A DNA stretch of 32,000 nt, from the NCBI RefSeq assembly GCF_900232105.1, contig NZ_LT934425.1, positions 3,030,001 to 3,062,000 of the forward strand. Direction: 5' to 3'. Shown here one piece after another: positions 29,745-32,000 of the stretch (position 1 is its first letter; each line of letters begins with the position of its first letter). Below the pieces are notes generated by a model. That model had not been told where the DNA came from, ran no database searches, and was given only the letters and a program-made list of their open reading frames with translations. This DNA is from Candidatus Kuenenia stuttgartensis. GTDB lineage: Bacteria > Planctomycetota > Brocadiia > Brocadiales > Brocadiaceae. Made by a program: the position numbers and the translations under genes.

Positions 29745-30245
29745 TTACGGCACGCTCACTTTTGTTTCTTTGCTCCGGAGCGCTTTCTGCCGTTTTTTTT
29801 TCTCTAACTGACCGCTTTGGATTGCCTTGTGAATCGTACTTGATTTGATATTGAACTTCTTACCTGTTTCTGAAACACTCTGCCCTCTTTCCAGGCACTT
29901 TTGCACCTTCGCTTTTACCTCTGGCGTAAGCACATGGGCTGACCTTGTTCGCGCTGACTGACGGAAAAATCCCTTAGGCCCATGTTCTCTTAGCCGCTTT
30001 ACACTACGCTTAACACTTATTGCCGAAACACCGAAGGCCTTCACTATTTGTTGTTGCTTGACATTACCGCCGACTACTAATTGACTGGTGATGAACCGAA
30101 ATGATTCCAGGTCGTCTTCCTCATGACTAAACACAGGAAGTCTTCCGTGAAAATAATATATCTTGCTACCTATTTTCTCAAAACCTACCTGATTATTTAT
30201 CAGTTTGCAGTCAGGGGAAAATAGGGGTAATACTAACTGTGGCAT
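29745..30245 (-). CDS. Helix-turn-helix ORF A of the same two-ORF element
   Basis: 166 aa; QQIVKAFGVSAISVKRSVKRLREHG and SVSETGKKFNIKSSTIHKAIQSG HTH regions; frame overlaps ORF B. Confidence 0.78.
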   Translation of the reverse strand: MPQLVLPLFSPDCKLINNQVGFEKIGSKIYYFHGRLPVFSHEEDDLESFRFITSQLVVGGNVKQQQIVKAFGVSAISVKRSVKRLREHGPKGFFRQSARTRSAHVLTPEVKAKVQKCLERGQSVSETGKKFNIKSSTIHKAIQSGQLEKKKRQKALRSKETKVSVP

Positions 30246-30544
30246 GAGTACCCTCCCTTTCTCCGAAAAAAAGGGATCATATCATTTTCCACCCACGTAT
30301 GGCAATGCCTTCTCTCTATATACACCTATCTCTACACAATTCAATAGCTTACATACTTTTTGACTAAAAAGGCACTTCCTGGGTTCTGAATCTGAAGAAT
30401 CAATTCAATAAACTTGACTATAGAACTACAGTTGCAAAACATACCAACAAACCGCCCACATCACCTTAGATTAGGCTGGGGTTTTAAAAGGCAAAAATCC
30501 CACGGCATTCATTTTTATCCACATTTATTTTCACACTTTTGACA

Positions 30545-30706
30545 TATAGTCAAACAAATAAGGTTTTCGAAAAATTTACACCTCCCGTCCCTTCTATAAA
30601 GAGGGAATTAAGGGGCGTGCTTGTATAGTATGCTTAGTCAAATAAATCTGTTTTTTAGAAAGCCATTTTATTGCCAAATTCCTAAAATCATATTTGTTTG
30701 GCTATA
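30545..30706. repeat. MITE-like repeat, family A copy 2
   Basis: TATAGTCAAACAAATAAGGTTTTCGAAAAATTTACAC ... TAGTCAAATAAATCTGTTTTTTAGAAAGCCATTTTATTGCCAAATTCCTAAAATCATATTTGTTTGGCTATA. Confidence 0.9.
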
Positions 30707-30740
30707 TTCCATTTTTTCCCTTAGAATATAGTCAAACAAA

Positions 30741-31268
30741 TCAGGTTTTCGAAATTTGCTCGCCAATAATTTGAAAATTTTCAGTTAAAAGAGTAGACAA
30801 TTCATCTGTATACTCGTTAATATTTTTGAAAAAACTTAAACATTTGTTTTTAAACTTCTCATAAGTATCATAATACTTGTTATACAATATTTTTTTGCGA
30901 AAGAATTTCCATAATCTTTCAATGAGATTTAAATTGGGCGAATAGGAAGGGAGAAATTTGATCTTTATTCTCGAATTTGCAAGGTATTCTTTGACCAACT
31001 TAGACCTGTAATATTTAGCATTATCAGAGATTATGTAAATAGTACCGGCTTGAGCATACCTTGACTCTATTTCATGGAAAAGCTTTATTGTTGATTGAGC
31101 ATTGATGCTTTCATCTTCCCGGATTGTTACTTCAAAGGTTTCTATGTCAATAGCACCGTTTAAATTTATTCTTTTCCTGCCGGTATTAGAGGGTATTTCC
31201 TTCTTTTTGCCTTTCTCTATCCAGCAATATGCAGACGTAGAATTATGCTGTGGATGAACTCCATCCAT
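30741..31268 (-). CDS. IS630-family-like transposase, catalytic part (ORF B)
   Basis: MDGVHPQHNS, IYIISDNAKYYRS, IKIKFLPSYSPNLNLIERLWKFFRKKILYN; the frame is open upstream to the ORF A stop. Confidence 0.9.
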   Translation of the reverse strand: MDGVHPQHNSTSAYCWIEKGKKKEIPSNTGRKRINLNGAIDIETFEVTIREDESINAQSTIKLFHEIESRYAQAGTIYIISDNAKYYRSKLVKEYLANSRIKIKFLPSYSPNLNLIERLWKFFRKKILYNKYYDTYEKFKNKCLSFFKNINEYTDELSTLLTENFQIIGEQISKT

Positions 31269-31341
31269 AAAAAGTATCTTATCTCCAGGGGCTTTCTCTT
31301 CTTTGAGTTGTTTGTAGTTTTCGATAAATTCTTTTTGTTTT

Positions 31342-31779
31342 TCAGGGTTTTGCTTTGCCTGGAACTATTGTAGTTTTCTTGTAAGTAAAGCCTAATCTAT
31401 CGAGGGTATGTACCATTCCTTCGGGTGTATAGATTTTATTGAATGTCTGTTTTACATATTCAACAATTTCTTTTGCCGCACTATAGTTGTTTTTCCTGAT
31501 ATGATCTTTTAATTGTTCTTCTTGTTCGCAGGTGAGTTTTGGCACACAGCCAATATAATTGTCAGATAAAAGCCCGTCAAAACCTTTATCTTTGTATAGT
31601 TTTTCGTAATTCCTGATTGTTTGATCGTCTAACAAGAGCGCCTCTGCTACTTTTTCATAACTCCATCCTGAATCAAGAAGAAGTATAGCTTTGATTCGGT
31701 CGGCATGACGTCTATGAGGCTCTTTCTTATGTGCTTTTTTAAATTCTATTCGGGTTTTTTCACTGAGAAATGGATTCAT
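31342..31779 (-). CDS. IS630-family-like transposase, N-terminal HTH part (ORF A)
   Basis: RRHADRIKAILLLDSGWSYEKVAEALLLDDQTIRNYEKLYKDKGFDGLLSDNYIG...; frame ends CCC TGA. Confidence 0.88.
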   Translation of the reverse strand: MNPFLSEKTRIEFKKAHKKEPHRRHADRIKAILLLDSGWSYEKVAEALLLDDQTIRNYEKLYKDKGFDGLLSDNYIGCVPKLTCEQEEQLKDHIRKNNYSAAKEIVEYVKQTFNKIYTPEGMVHTLDRLGFTYKKTTIVPGKAKP

Positions 31780-31918
31780 GCAGAATTTAATACTCTAGAA
31801 ACAATTCAAATGCAAGAAAAAAACAGATTTTTATAAAAATAAATGCTTTTTACTATACCACCTGACAATTGTCCTGTTTTTTTCATCAGATTAAAAAAAG
31901 TGTAAAAGAATGTCATCG

Positions 31919-32000
31919 TGCTAAAAAAGCTGCTCACCACCACTATACTACTATTTATTATCGCAGCCTTCGTGTTATTTGTAGCGAAATCACTTCAAAA
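31919..32000 (+). CDS. Possible start of a membrane or secreted protein (partial)
   Basis: GTG-initiated VLKKLLTTTILLLFIIAAFVLFVAKSLQ, open to the window end. Confidence 0.4.

Larger units (their letters stand above)
30727..31858 (-). mobile_element. IS630-family-like insertion sequence; right boundary tentative
   Basis: Two adjacent ORFs with IS630-like HTH and DDE parts; left end TATAGTCAAACAAATCAGGTTTTCG matches MITE family A; right end guessed at CTATA near 31858. Confidence 0.72.

Overview
Chromosomal segment that looks like an anammox-type planctomycete; this taxonomic guess is inferred from gene content only. Part 1 (1-10.1 kb) is the distal spc/alpha ribosomal operon: rplF 3' end, rplR, rpsE, rplO, secY, adk, map, infA, rpmJ, rpsM, a SAM-methyltransferase-like gene, rpsK, rpsD, rpoA, rplQ. 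A Maf-like gene and a dual-specificity phosphatase-like gene follow. Part 2 (10.1-32 kb) has ppdK, a DUF3786-like Fe-S protein, tRNA-Pro(GGG), a DUF4438-like gene, an RCC1-repeat protein and an aquaporin, embedded in dense mobile DNA. Best-supported mobile observations: (a) an IS1380-like element with 16-bp perfect TIRs and a 5-bp TSD; (b) a group II intron-like locus whose domain V is split at its GAAA loop by an IS4-like element with an 11-bp TSD, and which contains an oppositely oriented, damaged group II reverse transcriptase; (c) a ~160-bp ORF-less group II-like remnant with a good D5/D6, abutting a palindromic repeat; (d) a two-ORF transposase with an A9 slippery run at the exact -1 junction; (e) an IS630-like element whose ORFs meet at CCC-TGA, next to MITEs that share its terminal sequence; (f) two short dispersed repeat families. 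I did not find a convincing new defence or RNA-guided system. The novelty candidates are the nested intron/IS architecture, the miniature group II-like RNA, the MITE families and the candidate recoding sites.
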